The translations under genes were made by a program, and so were the position numbers. From a bacterium (GTDB taxonomy: Bacteria; SZUA-79; Acidulodesulfobacterales; Acidulodesulfobacteraceae), in contig JAJYJI010000003.1 of NCBI GenBank assembly GCA_021789605.1, forward strand, positions 36,450-100,449: DNA of 64,000 bases, in the 5' to 3' direction. Shown one piece after another: positions 1-11,101 of the stretch (the first letter of the stretch is position 1; every line of letters starts with the position of its first letter). Below the pieces are notes generated by a model. The model did not search any database, was not told the origin of the DNA, and was given only the letters and a program-made list of their open reading frames with translations.

Positions 1-282
1 AACAATAATTTTCTTGGCATGATTAGGCAGTGGCAGGAATTATTTTACAATAAAAGATACTCGTTCTCTGAAATGAACGTTAATCCCGATTTCGTTAAGC
101 TTGCCGAAGCTTACGGCGCCGTAGGCTTAAGGGCAAATACCCCTGATGAAGTGGGCCCCGTAATAGAAGAGGCGTTATCTATAAATAAGCCGGTTATAAT
201 GGATTTCGTAGTGGACAAAGAAGAGGGGGTTTATCCAATGGTAGCCCCCGGTTCTCCTATTACGGGGATGTTATTGGTATAA
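1..282 (+). CDS. ilvB: Acetolactate synthase large subunit, C-terminal fragment (5' end lies outside the window)
   Basis: The frame is open from nt 1 (NNNFLGMIRQWQELFY...), which is a typical TPP-enzyme C-terminus of AHAS. ilvN and ilvC follow directly. Confidence 0.85.
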   Translation, partial: NNNFLGMIRQWQELFYNKRYSFSEMNVNPDFVKLAEAYGAVGLRANTPDEVGPVIEEALSINKPVIMDFVVDKEEGVYPMVAPGSPITGMLLV

Positions 283-317
283 GCCAAGATTATAATATTT
301 AACAGGATTAAATTATT

Positions 318-809
318 ATGGAGAAAACCCACATTCTTTCCATTCTCGTAGAAAATGAAGCGGGAGTGCTTACCAGGGTTGCCGGGCTTTTTTCGGCTAG
401 AGGATTCAACATAGACAGCATTTGCGTCGCAAAAACGCTCGAAAAAAACGAATCAAAAATGATAATCGCCACATCGGGCGATACGCAGATTTTAGAACAG
501 ATTACAAAACAGCTGAACAGGCTCGTCAACGTAATAAAAGTGCAGGAGTTGTCTGATGAAGATTCGGTAGTCAGGCAGACCGTTTTAATAAAAGTAAACG
601 CGGACGAAACGACCAAGGGCGATATATTCAGGATAAAAGACATATTCGGCGGCCGCATTATAGACGTATCAAGAAATTCATATACGCTCGAGGTTACCGG
701 TTCGGAAAAAAAGATAGAATCGCTAATAGATATTTTAAGGCCGTTAGGCATGAAAGATATAGTCAAGACGGGAATAATAGCAATACAGAGGACAAGAAAG
801 TCAAGCTAA
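318..809 (+). CDS. ilvN: Acetolactate synthase small (regulatory) subunit
   Basis: The N-terminal ACT domain HILSILVENEAGVLTRVAGLFSARGFNIDSICV is characteristic of the AHAS small subunit. It sits between ilvB and ilvC. Confidence 0.92.
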   Translation: MEKTHILSILVENEAGVLTRVAGLFSARGFNIDSICVAKTLEKNESKMIIATSGDTQILEQITKQLNRLVNVIKVQELSDEDSVVRQTVLIKVNADETTKGDIFRIKDIFGGRIIDVSRNSYTLEVTGSEKKIESLIDILRPLGMKDIVKTGIIAIQRTRKSS

Positions 810-816
810 TAAATAA

Positions 817-1851
<1,035 letters not shown>

Positions 1852-1898
1852 TATAAACATATAAAACATTAAAAATTAAATGCGTAAGAATAGCGGGA

Positions 1899-2585
1899 AT
1901 GAAATATATTGCAAAAGAAGGAATTAAATTTGTATTGGCGGCGCTTTTTTTTTCCGCCGTTTTTTTATTTTTCTATGTTTATTCGACGGTTCCGCTTTTA
2001 AAATATCTTTTTTTAGCGCTATTTTTTTTGTTTTTTTTGTTTTTTGTTTTTAATATTTATTTCTTCAGGGACCCCGAACGTAAGCCCGACTCTATCTTAA
2101 GCGCGGACGAAATCGTTTCGCCCGCGGACGGCAGGATTATATTTTTGCAGGAGGTTGCGGACGAAAGATTTCTTAACGGCGAAGCCCTTAAGATAAGCAT
2201 TTTTATGTCGCTTTTTAACGTGCATATAAACAGGATTCCCGTTAGCGGACGCGTTGAAAAAATCATATACAATAAGGGAAAGTTTTTTTCCGCTAATTTA
2301 GACAAGGCGTCTTCGGAAAACGAGTTTAACGGCGTTATTCTGACTCTTTCAGGCACGGGCGGCCGAAAGTCTGAAAAAATTGCGTTTGTTCAGATTGCAG
2401 GACTTATCGCAAGAAGAATAGTATGCAAAATTAAAGAAGGGGACGAAGTCGGAACGGGAAACAGATACGGCCTGATAAAATTCGGTTCGAGACTGGACGT
2501 CTATCTCCCCTTAAGTTTTAAACCTAATGTTAAACTTAAAGACAAAGTCTATTCCGGAAAAACTGTTTTAGGAAAAATAGCATAA
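1899..2585 (+). CDS. psd: Phosphatidylserine decarboxylase proenzyme (short type)
   Basis: Has an N-terminal TM segment, the FMSLFNVHINRIPVSG motif, and a C-terminal FGSRLDVY self-cleavage (G-S) region. It is adjacent to pssA. Confidence 0.85.
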   Translation: MKYIAKEGIKFVLAALFFSAVFLFFYVYSTVPLLKYLFLALFFLFFLFFVFNIYFFRDPERKPDSILSADEIVSPADGRIIFLQEVADERFLNGEALKISIFMSLFNVHINRIPVSGRVEKIIYNKGKFFSANLDKASSENEFNGVILTLSGTGGRKSEKIAFVQIAGLIARRIVCKIKEGDEVGTGNRYGLIKFGSRLDVYLPLSFKPNVKLKDKVYSGKTVLGKIA

Positions 2586-2595
2586 CAATTATTAA

Positions 2596-3399
2596 ATGAT
2601 AACGTTAAATAAACAGAAAAAAACTTATCCGCCGATAAAAGCAGGTTTAGACACGGCAAATTTATATAGAAACAGCATGACGAAAGGAATTTTTCTTTTG
2701 CCGAATCTGATAACCAGCCTTTCCCTCCTGTCGGGATTTTATTCAATCATTAATTCTATCGAGGGCAGATACCAAATAGCCGGTTGGCTTATAATCGCTT
2801 CTATTTTTTTCGATGGAATAGACGGAAAAGTTGCAAGACTTACCAATTCAAGTTCTAAATTCGGCATAGAATACGACTCTCTTTCCGACTTGATTGCGTT
2901 CGGAGTCGCTCCTTCAATATTATTATTCAAATCTATCCTTATTGTTTACGGAAGGCTTGGATGGGCGTCGGTTTTCGTTTATCTTCTGGGAGCGGCGCTG
3001 AGGCTTGCAAGATTTAACGTACAGCGAAATTCCGTAGAGTATAACAAATTTACCGGACTTCCTTCTCCCGCCGCCGCGGGGACCGTAGTTTCGTTCCTTT
3101 TTTTTCTTACGGGAATTTCCTTAAAAATTGCCCTGCTCAGCAAAATCATACTAGCCTTAACCGTCGTTACCGGCCTTCTTATGATAAGCAACATAGGTTA
3201 TTTCGCGATGAAAGATTTAAGCATTTTTAAGCGGAGGCCTTTCGAATTACTTGCCCTGCTTTCTTTAGCCCTGATTATAATAATAATTAAACCGGTAGAA
3301 TCTCTATTTGCGATTTTCTTTCTGTATTCTTTCGTTTCCCCTCTATTGTATTTTTATTTTGTTGGTGCTAAGATAAAAAATAATAAGCAAACAGGCTAA
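2596..3399 (+). CDS. pssA: CDP-diacylglycerol--serine O-phosphatidyltransferase
   Basis: Carries the CDP-alcohol phosphatidyltransferase signature DGIDGKVARLTNSSSKFGIEYDSLSDLIAFG (D-G-x2-D-G-x2-A-R...G-x3-D-x3-D) and is a multi-TM protein. The true start may be the ATG at 2677 (MTKGIFLLPN). Confidence 0.85.
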   Translation: MITLNKQKKTYPPIKAGLDTANLYRNSMTKGIFLLPNLITSLSLLSGFYSIINSIEGRYQIAGWLIIASIFFDGIDGKVARLTNSSSKFGIEYDSLSDLIAFGVAPSILLFKSILIVYGRLGWASVFVYLLGAALRLARFNVQRNSVEYNKFTGLPSPAAAGTVVSFLFFLTGISLKIALLSKIILALTVVTGLLMISNIGYFAMKDLSIFKRRPFELLALLSLALIIIIIKPVESLFAIFFLYSFVSPLLYFYFVGAKIKNNKQTG

Positions 3400-3418
3400 A
3401 CGAAGCGCAAGAGGCTTT

Positions 3419-4975
3419 ATGAACGACAAACAATTAAAAAAAATTAAGATTTTCGATACGACCTTAAGGGACGGAGAACAATCCCCCGGCGCAAGCATGA
3501 ATATCGAGGAAAAATTAAATCTTGCGCGCCAGCTTGCAAGGCTCGGCGTCGATGTCATAGAAGCCGGTTTTCCCATCGCTTCCGAAGGAGATTTTGAGGC
3601 TGTAAAGGCGATAGCGCAGGAGATTAAAGGCATAGAGATTGCCGGACTTGCAAGGGCAAACGAAAAGGATATTTACAGGGCGTATTCCGCAGTTAAATTT
3701 GCGGAAAAACCGGTTATACACACTTTTATAGCGACGTCGGACATACACCTGAAATATAAGCTAAGGATGAGCCGCGACGAATTATACGAAAAAGCCGTAA
3801 ATATGGTAAAGTATGCTAAATCTTTAACCGAAAAAGTAGAATTTTCCGCCGAAGATGCCGCCAGGTCAGACTTTAATTTCTTATGCAGGGTGATAGAAGG
3901 CGTTATAGAGGCCGGAGCCACCTCCGTTAATATCCCGGATACCGTGGGCTACGCAACCCCTTTCGAATTTTTTGATTTTATAAAAAAAATAAAGGAAAAG
4001 GTTAAAGGCATAGGCGATATTACTTTAAGCGTCCATTGCCATAACGATTTAGGACTCGCCGTCGCCAATTCTCTTTCGGCGATACTTGCCGGGATAGGCC
4101 AGGTCGAATGTACCATTAACGGCATAGGAGAGAGGGCCGGGAATGCCGCGCTAGAAGAAATAGTCATGGCTTTAGAACTTAGAAAAGATATATATAACGC
4201 GGTTACCGGCGTTAATACGACCGAACTTTATAGGACGTCCCAGCTTTTAACTCATATAACGGGTATTTCCGTACAGCCAAATAAAGCGATTGTGGGTAAA
4301 AACGCTTTTTCCCACGAAGCCGGTATTCATCAGGACGGCGTATTAAAAGAAAAAGCCACGTATGAAATTATGACTCCGGAACGCGTGGGAAGACAGGCCA
4401 ACGAACTCGTTCTCGGCAAGCATTCCGGCATGCATGCATTTAAAGAAAAGATTATATCCTTAGGTTATCTATTAAAGGACGAAGAAATCGAAGCCGCTTT
4501 CGTAAAATTTAAAGGATTAGCCGATAGAAAAAAAGATATTTACGACGAGGATATCGACTCGCTTATAGCAAAATCTCATCCGGCGGAGAAGTATGAACTT
4601 AAATACTTAAACGTTGTCTGCGGCGATACGGTAACGCCTCTTTCTATGGTCAAAATTATGGTTGACGGAGAATTAAGGCAGGATTCTTCTTTCGGAAACG
4701 GCCCAGTAGATGCCGCCGTAAATGCGATAGAAAAGATTGTCGCTTCAAAATCCAAGGCGATAGCTTACGAAGTTAAATCCATAAGGGGAACGACGGAGGC
4801 GCAAGGCGACGTTTCCGTGACTATAGAAAACAGCGGAATCCAAATTACGGGAAGAAGCGCCCATACCGATATCGTGGTTGCCAGCGCAAAAGCTTACGTC
4901 AACGCTTTAAATAAACTTTACGTCCGCAATAACAGCGTCGATAAATCGGTTTGCGGCATGGAGATGCATTCGTAA
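3419..4975 (+). CDS. leuA: 2-isopropylmalate synthase
   Basis: Has IFDTTLRDGEQSPG and HCHNDLGLAVANSL motifs plus a C-terminal LeuA dimerisation/regulatory domain. Length is 518 aa. Confidence 0.95.
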   Translation: MNDKQLKKIKIFDTTLRDGEQSPGASMNIEEKLNLARQLARLGVDVIEAGFPIASEGDFEAVKAIAQEIKGIEIAGLARANEKDIYRAYSAVKFAEKPVIHTFIATSDIHLKYKLRMSRDELYEKAVNMVKYAKSLTEKVEFSAEDAARSDFNFLCRVIEGVIEAGATSVNIPDTVGYATPFEFFDFIKKIKEKVKGIGDITLSVHCHNDLGLAVANSLSAILAGIGQVECTINGIGERAGNAALEEIVMALELRKDIYNAVTGVNTTELYRTSQLLTHITGISVQPNKAIVGKNAFSHEAGIHQDGVLKEKATYEIMTPERVGRQANELVLGKHSGMHAFKEKIISLGYLLKDEEIEAAFVKFKGLADRKKDIYDEDIDSLIAKSHPAEKYELKYLNVVCGDTVTPLSMVKIMVDGELRQDSSFGNGPVDAAVNAIEKIVASKSKAIAYEVKSIRGTTEAQGDVSVTIENSGIQITGRSAHTDIVVASAKAYVNALNKLYVRNNSVDKSVCGMEMHS

Positions 4976-5093
4976 GCCGCATATTTCCCTAACACGCAAA
5001 AATAAGCGAATACAGATATCGGAGGACGATAATATAAATCGAATGCTTATTATGCATGGATAAAAACTCTTTTTAATTATAAATATTATTCGT

Positions 5094-5122
5094 TTGACTC
5101 ATGATTTGATAAATTTTATATT
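5094..5122 (+). promoter_or_regulatory. Candidate sigma-70 promoter upstream of leuC (TTGACT-17 nt-TATATT)
   Basis: TTGACT lies at 5094-5099 and TATATT at 5117-5122, with a counted 17-nt spacer. It sits inside the 212-bp AT-rich gap between leuA and leuC. Confidence 0.4.
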
Positions 5123-5187
5123 ATATCAGTTTCTGTTTAATTATCAGTTTTAATCGAAAATTTATTAAATAATCGGAGGTAAGTTTA

Positions 5188-6462
5188 GTGAAAAGGAAGT
5201 TAACCGTCACAGAAAAAATAATATTAAACCACACCGGTCTGGATACGGTATCGCCGGGCGATATAGTGAACGCAAAAGTGGATATCGCGCTCGGCAACGA
5301 CATTACCGCTCCTATTGCGATAAAAGAATTTGAAGCTATAGGCATAGACAGGATTTTCGATAGGAAGAAAATCGCCCTCGTTCCTGACCATTTTGTTCCG
5401 AACAAAGATATTTTAAGCGCAAAACAGGCAAAAATGCTGAGGGAATTTGCAAAAAAGCATGATATCGAATATTATTTTGAATGCGGTGAAGCAGGCGTCG
5501 AACATGCGCTTTTGCCCGAAAAAGGAATAGTTTTGCCCGGAGACCTCGTCGTAGGAGCGGATTCGCATACATGCACATACGGCGCATTAGGGGCTTTCGC
5601 TACCGGGGTAGGCTCGACGGACCTTGCATACGCCTTTGCATTCGGGGAATTATGGCTAAAAGTTCCCGAATCCATAAAAGTAGTTTTTGACGGCAAGCCC
5701 GGCAAATGGGTATCCGGCAAAGATTTAGTGCTGTACCTGATAGGGAAAATAGGAGTAGAAGGCGCAAACTATATGGCGCTTGAATTTTCGGGAAGCGCGT
5801 TTAAACATCTGGGAATGGCGGATAGATTTACCATATCGAACATGGCTATAGAGGCTGGAGCAAAAAGCGGTATATTCGAGCCGGACGAAATTACGGAAAA
5901 TTATGTTAAAGGAAGAGCGGGCAGGGCGTATACTTTTTATAAAAGCGACGAAGGCGCGGAATATTACAGGGTTTTAAATTTTAACGCCGAATCGATAAAA
6001 CCGCAGGTTGCTTTTCCGCATCTTCCAGAAAACAGCATAGATATCGACGAAGCTTCCGCTAAAAATATAAAAATAGACCAGTCCGTCATAGGTTCGTGCA
6101 CAAACGGTAGAATAGAGGATTTAAGGATTGCCGCCATGGTTTTAAAAGGAAAAAAAATAGCCAAATACACGAGGCTTATAGTCATTCCTGCGACGCCGGA
6201 AGTATACAGGGCGGCAGAAAAAGAAGGGCTTATAGATATATTTATGGATGCCGGAGCGGTAGTCAGCACTCCGACCTGCGGCCCTTGCCTAGGCGGATAT
6301 ATGGGAATACTTGCTGACGGCGAAAGGGCAATTTCTTCCACCAACAGGAACTTTAAAGGAAGAATGGGCGATGTTACGAGCGAAGTTTATCTTGCAAATC
6401 CAGCAGTTTGCGCCGCATCGGCGATACTCGGTAAAATTTCCGGTCCCGAAGAGTCCGTATGA
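5188..6462 (+). CDS. leuC: 3-isopropylmalate dehydratase large subunit (short, 424 aa type)
   Basis: GTG start preceded by a GGAGG Shine-Dalgarno. Aconitase-family motifs [23 protein letters not shown] and [11 protein letters not shown] are present. Confidence 0.93.
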   Translation: MKRKLTVTEKIILNHTGLDTVSPGDIVNAKVDIALGNDITAPIAIKEFEAIGIDRIFDRKKIALVPDHFVPNKDILSAKQAKMLREFAKKHDIEYYFECGEAGVEHALLPEKGIVLPGDLVVGADSHTCTYGALGAFATGVGSTDLAYAFAFGELWLKVPESIKVVFDGKPGKWVSGKDLVLYLIGKIGVEGANYMALEFSGSAFKHLGMADRFTISNMAIEAGAKSGIFEPDEITENYVKGRAGRAYTFYKSDEGAEYYRVLNFNAESIKPQVAFPHLPENSIDIDEASAKNIKIDQSVIGSCTNGRIEDLRIAAMVLKGKKIAKYTRLIVIPATPEVYRAAEKEGLIDIFMDAGAVVSTPTCGPCLGGYMGILADGERAISSTNRNFKGRMGDVTSEVYLANPAVCAASAILGKISGPEESV

Positions 6463-6563
6463 ATGCCTAATATTAAATATTAAATGCGGCATCAGGGCGA
6501 AAGCATTAAAACCGGCAAAATATAAATCAATCGATATAAATTTTATAAAAGGAGCGATTATTT

Positions 6564-7061
6564 ATGATATTTAGCGGAAAAGTTTTTAAATTCGGAGACA
6601 ATATAGATACCGATGCCATTATACCTGCAAGGTACTTAAACGATTCTAACGACGATAACCTAAAAAAGCATTGCATGGAGGATGCAGATGCGGGATTTGC
6701 CTCCAATGTATCTAACGGCGACATAATCGTTGCCGGGAACAATTTCGGCTGCGGCTCTTCAAGAGAGCACGCTCCGAGAGCGATTAAGGCATGCGGAGTC
6801 CCCGTCGTAATCGCCAAGAGTTTCGCGAGGATTTTTTATAGGAATTCCTTCAATATAGGCTTGTTTATTTTGGAAGCGGATACCGCCGGCATAGATAGCG
6901 GGGATTTTTTGGAAGCGGATACCGATACGGGAGAGATTAAAAACAAAACAAAAAATACCGTTATCAAAGCGAAACCGATTCCAAAGTTTATGTCCGAGCT
7001 TGTTAACGCGGGCGGTTTAATTGCGTACGCCAAAAAAAAGATTAAGGAGGGCAGAATATAA
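6564..7061 (+). CDS. leuD: 3-isopropylmalate dehydratase small subunit
   Basis: Has the aconitase swivel-domain motif [14 protein letters not shown]. Length is 165 aa and it sits between leuC and leuB. Confidence 0.93.
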   Translation: MIFSGKVFKFGDNIDTDAIIPARYLNDSNDDNLKKHCMEDADAGFASNVSNGDIIVAGNNFGCGSSREHAPRAIKACGVPVVIAKSFARIFYRNSFNIGLFILEADTAGIDSGDFLEADTDTGEIKNKTKNTVIKAKPIPKFMSELVNAGGLIAYAKKKIKEGRI

Positions 7062-7064
7062 ATT

Positions 7065-8144
7065 ATGATAAAATTAGCGCTTTTTGCTGGAGACGGAATA
7101 GGAACGGAGGTTGCCGGAGAAGCGGTTAATGTCCTGAAATTTTTATTCGACGCAAACTCCGTGCGTTATGAAATAGAAGAAGACCTTGTCGGAGGCGCTT
7201 CCTACGACGAATATAAAAAGCCCATTACCGAAAAAGCCCTTAAGCTTGCGAAAGAGGCGGACGCCGTTATTTTTGGAGCAGTCGGCGGACCGAAATGGGA
7301 ATCCCTTCCCATAGAACTAAGGCCCGAAAAAGCCCTTTTAACTTTGCGGTACGACCTTGGACTTTATGCAAATTTAAGGCCGGCAAAGATTTACGACGAG
7401 CTCATAGATGCTTCCCCTTTAAAAAGAGAGGTTGTTAGCGGAACAGATATGATGATAGTCCGCGAGCTTACCGGCGGAATTTATTTCGGTCAGCCTAGAG
7501 GCGTTTTCAATATGGACGACGGACAAAAAAAGGGAGTCAATACTTTAGTTTACACTACGAAAGAAATAGAAAGAATCGCAAAAATAGCTTTTGAAATTGC
7601 AAGAAAAAGAAGGAAAAAAGTTTTATCGGTCGATAAGGCAAACGTCTTGGAATGCACGGAACTTTGGAGGGAGGTCGTTGCCGAAACTTCGAAGGGATAT
7701 CCCGACGTCGAATTAAGCAATATGTATGTAGATAACTGTTCGATGCAGCTCATAAGACAGCCTAAATCCTTTGACGTTATAGTTACCACAAATATGTTCG
7801 GAGATATATTGAGCGATGAATCTTCAATGGTTGCCGGATCTATCGGCATGCTTCCGTCGGCAAGCCTTAACGGAAAAAAAGGGATGTACGAACCAATTCA
7901 CGGCAGCGCGCCGGATATTGCGGGACAAAATAAAGCCAATCCGATTGCGGCTATTTTATCGGCCGCAATGATGTTAAAATATAGTTTCGATATGGATAAT
8001 ATTGCCGGAAAAATTGAAAACGCCGTAGAGAAAGTCATTAAAAACGGATACAGAACCGCCGATATTTATTCGAATGCCCCCGGAACCAAACTTGTCGGCA
8101 CAAAAGAAATGGGCAAAGCGGTTATAGATGAATTAAGAAAATAA
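7065..8144 (+). CDS. leuB: 3-isopropylmalate dehydrogenase
   Basis: Carries the isocitrate/isopropylmalate dehydrogenase signature [25 protein letters not shown]. Length is 359 aa. Confidence 0.96.
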   Translation: MIKLALFAGDGIGTEVAGEAVNVLKFLFDANSVRYEIEEDLVGGASYDEYKKPITEKALKLAKEADAVIFGAVGGPKWESLPIELRPEKALLTLRYDLGLYANLRPAKIYDELIDASPLKREVVSGTDMMIVRELTGGIYFGQPRGVFNMDDGQKKGVNTLVYTTKEIERIAKIAFEIARKRRKKVLSVDKANVLECTELWREVVAETSKGYPDVELSNMYVDNCSMQLIRQPKSFDVIVTTNMFGDILSDESSMVAGSIGMLPSASLNGKKGMYEPIHGSAPDIAGQNKANPIAAILSAAMMLKYSFDMDNIAGKIENAVEKVIKNGYRTADIYSNAPGTKLVGTKEMGKAVIDELRK

Positions 8145-8159
8145 AAAAACGGGAAAAAT

Positions 8160-9203
8160 ATGAAAAAAGAAAAATACAATATCGGCATTATGGGCGCGAC
8201 CGGACTTGTAGGCAGAGAATTTTTAGAAATATTAGAGGAAAGAAAATTTCCGACGGCGGAACTTTATCTTTTCGCCTCGGAAAATTCTCTCGGCGAAACC
8301 ATTAAGTTTAAGGGCGAAGATTATATCGTCGATGCCCTAAAGGAAGATTCTTTCGAGAAAAAAAAAATCGACATAGTTTTATCCAGCCCCGGAGGTTCCG
8401 TCAGTTCTAAGTTTGCCCCGATAGCCGCGAAAGAAGGAGCGGTAGTTATAGACAACACTTCTTATTTCAGAATGGACGAAGACGTTCCTTTAGTCGTTCC
8501 AGAGGTCAATCCGGAAGATATAAAATATTATTCTAATAAAAATATAATAGCAAATCCAAATTGTTCGACCATTCAAATGGTCGTGCCCCTTAAGCCGATT
8601 CACGACAGATATAAGATAAAAAGGATAATCGTTTCGACCTATCAGTCGACGTCCGGCGCAGGCAAAAGAGCTATGGACGAATTGTTTTATCAAACAACCG
8701 GCATAATAAACGCAAAAGGGGATATATATCCGGAAAAATTTCCCGTCCAGATAGCTTTTAACTGTATTCCTCAGATAGACGTTTTTAGCGAAGACGGATA
8801 TACGAAAGAAGAAATTAAAATGGTCAGGGAAACGCAAAAAATAATGCACGATAAGAACATAGCCGTATCCGCTACGACAGTGCGGGTGCCTGTATTTTTT
8901 TCTCACGGAGAGTCGGTAAATATCGAAACGGAAAAGAATTTCGATATAAAAGATATCAAAAGAATCTTATCGGAAACCGGCGGCGTAAAAATTATAGACA
9001 ACGTTTTAAGCGCCAATCCCGAAGAAAGATATCCCTACCAGACCTATGCCGCGGGAAAGGACGAAGTTTTTGTCGGCAGAATAAGAAAGGATTTTTCTAT
9101 ACCCAACGGTTTAAATCTTTGGATAGTAGCCGATAACGTGAGAAAAGGGGCGGCGCTCAATGCCGTACAGATCGCGGAAATACTTATTCAAAAGTTTTTA
9201 TAA
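8160..9203 (+). CDS. asd: Aspartate-semialdehyde dehydrogenase
   Basis: Has an N-terminal GATGLVG Rossmann fold and the active-site sequence IANPNCSTIQMV. Length is 347 aa. Confidence 0.95.
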   Translation: MKKEKYNIGIMGATGLVGREFLEILEERKFPTAELYLFASENSLGETIKFKGEDYIVDALKEDSFEKKKIDIVLSSPGGSVSSKFAPIAAKEGAVVIDNTSYFRMDEDVPLVVPEVNPEDIKYYSNKNIIANPNCSTIQMVVPLKPIHDRYKIKRIIVSTYQSTSGAGKRAMDELFYQTTGIINAKGDIYPEKFPVQIAFNCIPQIDVFSEDGYTKEEIKMVRETQKIMHDKNIAVSATTVRVPVFFSHGESVNIETEKNFDIKDIKRILSETGGVKIIDNVLSANPEERYPYQTYAAGKDEVFVGRIRKDFSIPNGLNLWIVADNVRKGAALNAVQIAEILIQKFL

Positions 9204-10760
9204 ATGCCTTCTCAATCCAAAAATCATGAGATAGTCAGGAATTTATCGGTCGTTTCTTTTTTTACCCTGATAAGCAGGATTTTAGGCTTATTAAGGGATA
9301 TCTGCATAGCATATTTTTTCGGCGCGGGAACTGCCACGGATGCTTTTTTCGTAGCTTTCAGGATACCCAATCTGTTCAGGAGGCTTTTCGGAGAAGGAGG
9401 TATTTCGTCTTCTTTTATTCCCGTGTATTCGGAAAGTCTGGCCAAAAATAACGAAAACGAATCGGCCGGCCTTTTTAAGACCGTTTTTACCGTATTATTT
9501 TTTATTCTTTTGATTCTTTCCGTTATCGGTTTCCTATTTTCTTTTGTTTTCGTGGCTGTAACAGCTCCCGGATTTTTGCACAAACCTGCTGAATTTCATC
9601 TTGCCGTATTTCTTACTAAAGTCATGTTCCCGTATATTTTTTTAATAGGGCTTGCCGCATTTTTTGCGGGGGTTCTTAACGTTCACGGCTCTTATGCTCC
9701 GGGAGCGATGTATCCTATAATCCTGAATGTTTTGTTAATAATCGCCGCCCTTTTTTTAAGGCCGTTTTTTCATCCGGGCATATATGCGCTTGCTGCGGGG
9801 GTCATGCTCGGCGGCGTTTTACAGCTTTTATCCCAAATTTATTATATCAGAAGAAAGAAAATTATTCTTGGATTCAAATTTAATTTTAGAAACAGAGAAG
9901 TGAAATCCGTCTTCAAACTGCTTGCCCCGTCTCTTCTGGGAATGGCCGTAATTCAACTTAATCTTATATTCGATACCTTTCTCGCATCATTTCTGCCGGC
10001 CGGCAGCATTTCCTATCTTTACTACGGCGACAGGCTTTATCAGTTTCCTTTGGGCGTTTTCGCCATTGCGATGCAGACGGCAATTTTCCCCGCCCTTTCG
10101 GCTTCGTTTGCTAAAAACGACCTCAAAGAAGTCGGAGGCGCTTTTAATTTTTCATCGTCCCTGATGTTTTTTATAATAATTCCTTCAAGCATAGGATTAA
10201 TACTTTTAAGAAACAGTCTTGCAAAATTAATATATATGCACGGAATATTCAATGCGGCGGATGCGCAAAAAACGGCGGGCGTTCTTATGTTTTTTATCGT
10301 CGGGCTGTGGGCGTCCGCGCTTTTAAAAACCGTAATTCCGGTTTTCTATTCGATGAAGGATACTAAAACGCCGGTAAAAGCTACAATAATTTCGCTGATT
10401 ATAAACATTATATTTGCGGTTCTGCTTATGCGGGTTATGGGCGTTTACGGGCTGGCCCTGGCTTCAAGCATTTCATTAATTTTTAATTATCTTTACCTTC
10501 TAAGAAAACTTCGGCTAAAAAAGGGCATCGGCTTGGACGCGGGTTTCTTTAAATCGTTTGTCAAAACCTTAATCGCTAGTCTTATTATGGGGTTAATAGT
10601 AGAATTTTTAATAGTTGCTTTAGGGAAGTTCGATTACGGTTCTTTAACGATAGTTTTAGCTTCTCTTGCCGCAGGCGTTTTAGTTTATATATTTGTTTCT
10701 CTTGTCTTAAAAAATGATTCCGCAAATATCGTAAAAAACGCAATAGTTAGGAAGCGGTAA
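9204..10760 (+). CDS. murJ: Lipid II flippase MurJ (MviN family)
   Basis: Polytopic 518 aa protein. The N-terminus SRILGLLRDICIAYFFGAGTATDAFFVAFRIPNLFRRLFGEG is typical of MurJ. Confidence 0.9.
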   Translation: MPSQSKNHEIVRNLSVVSFFTLISRILGLLRDICIAYFFGAGTATDAFFVAFRIPNLFRRLFGEGGISSSFIPVYSESLAKNNENESAGLFKTVFTVLFFILLILSVIGFLFSFVFVAVTAPGFLHKPAEFHLAVFLTKVMFPYIFLIGLAAFFAGVLNVHGSYAPGAMYPIILNVLLIIAALFLRPFFHPGIYALAAGVMLGGVLQLLSQIYYIRRKKIILGFKFNFRNREVKSVFKLLAPSLLGMAVIQLNLIFDTFLASFLPAGSISYLYYGDRLYQFPLGVFAIAMQTAIFPALSASFAKNDLKEVGGAFNFSSSLMFFIIIPSSIGLILLRNSLAKLIYMHGIFNAADAQKTAGVLMFFIVGLWASALLKTVIPVFYSMKDTKTPVKATIISLIINIIFAVLLMRVMGVYGLALASSISLIFNYLYLLRKLRLKKGIGLDAGFFKSFVKTLIASLIMGLIVEFLIVALGKFDYGSLTIVLASLAAGVLVYIFVSLVLKNDSANIVKNAIVRKR

Positions 10761-10960
10761 AAATATTCAGGAATAAATTTTAAATATAGTTTTATGTCCT
10801 ATGCCGGCAAAATGATTGTTTATAATACGGTATAATCGAAAAATAGGAAGAAAAATAGAAAAAGCTTATAAAGGCGAGGTAGATTATTCATTTTAAGAAA
10901 GGGATTTATCGTTAAGGATTTATTGGAAAAACGAGGCATAAAAATAAATCCGGGCCGTTT

Positions 10961-10989
10961 TTGACTTTTCTTCCAATAATAGTTATAAT
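10961..10989 (+). promoter_or_regulatory. Candidate sigma-70 promoter with both hexamers at consensus (TTGACT-17 nt-TATAAT), upstream of the phoH-like operon
   Basis: TTGACT lies at 10961-10966 and TATAAT at 10984-10989, with a counted 17-nt spacer. It would give a leader of roughly 105-155 nt before the phoH-like start. Confidence 0.5.
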
Positions 10990-11101
10990 CAAAATATTGG
11001 TTTGACGAGCCGCGACGGACATAGTCCTTTGCGCCGGCGACGGCAGGGCAATATTTTACCGATAACAATATATGCGGTTAAGGAGTTATTAAAAACAAAA
11101 T

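Noticed and set aside
1930-2060. Long poly-T-rich tracts (ttttttttgttttttttgttttttgttttt).
   Set aside because: They are in frame within psd and encode the Phe/Leu-rich N-terminal membrane anchor (FFLFFLFFVFNIYFF). They could be slippage-prone, but there is no evidence of phase variation.
10820-11068. An 82-aa minus-strand ORF filling the murJ-phoH intergenic region.
   Set aside because: It has a TTG start with no Shine-Dalgarno and an odd composition (FFFLFFDY, YNYYW). It overlaps a consensus + strand promoter. I treat the region as non-coding, though a conservation check would settle it.
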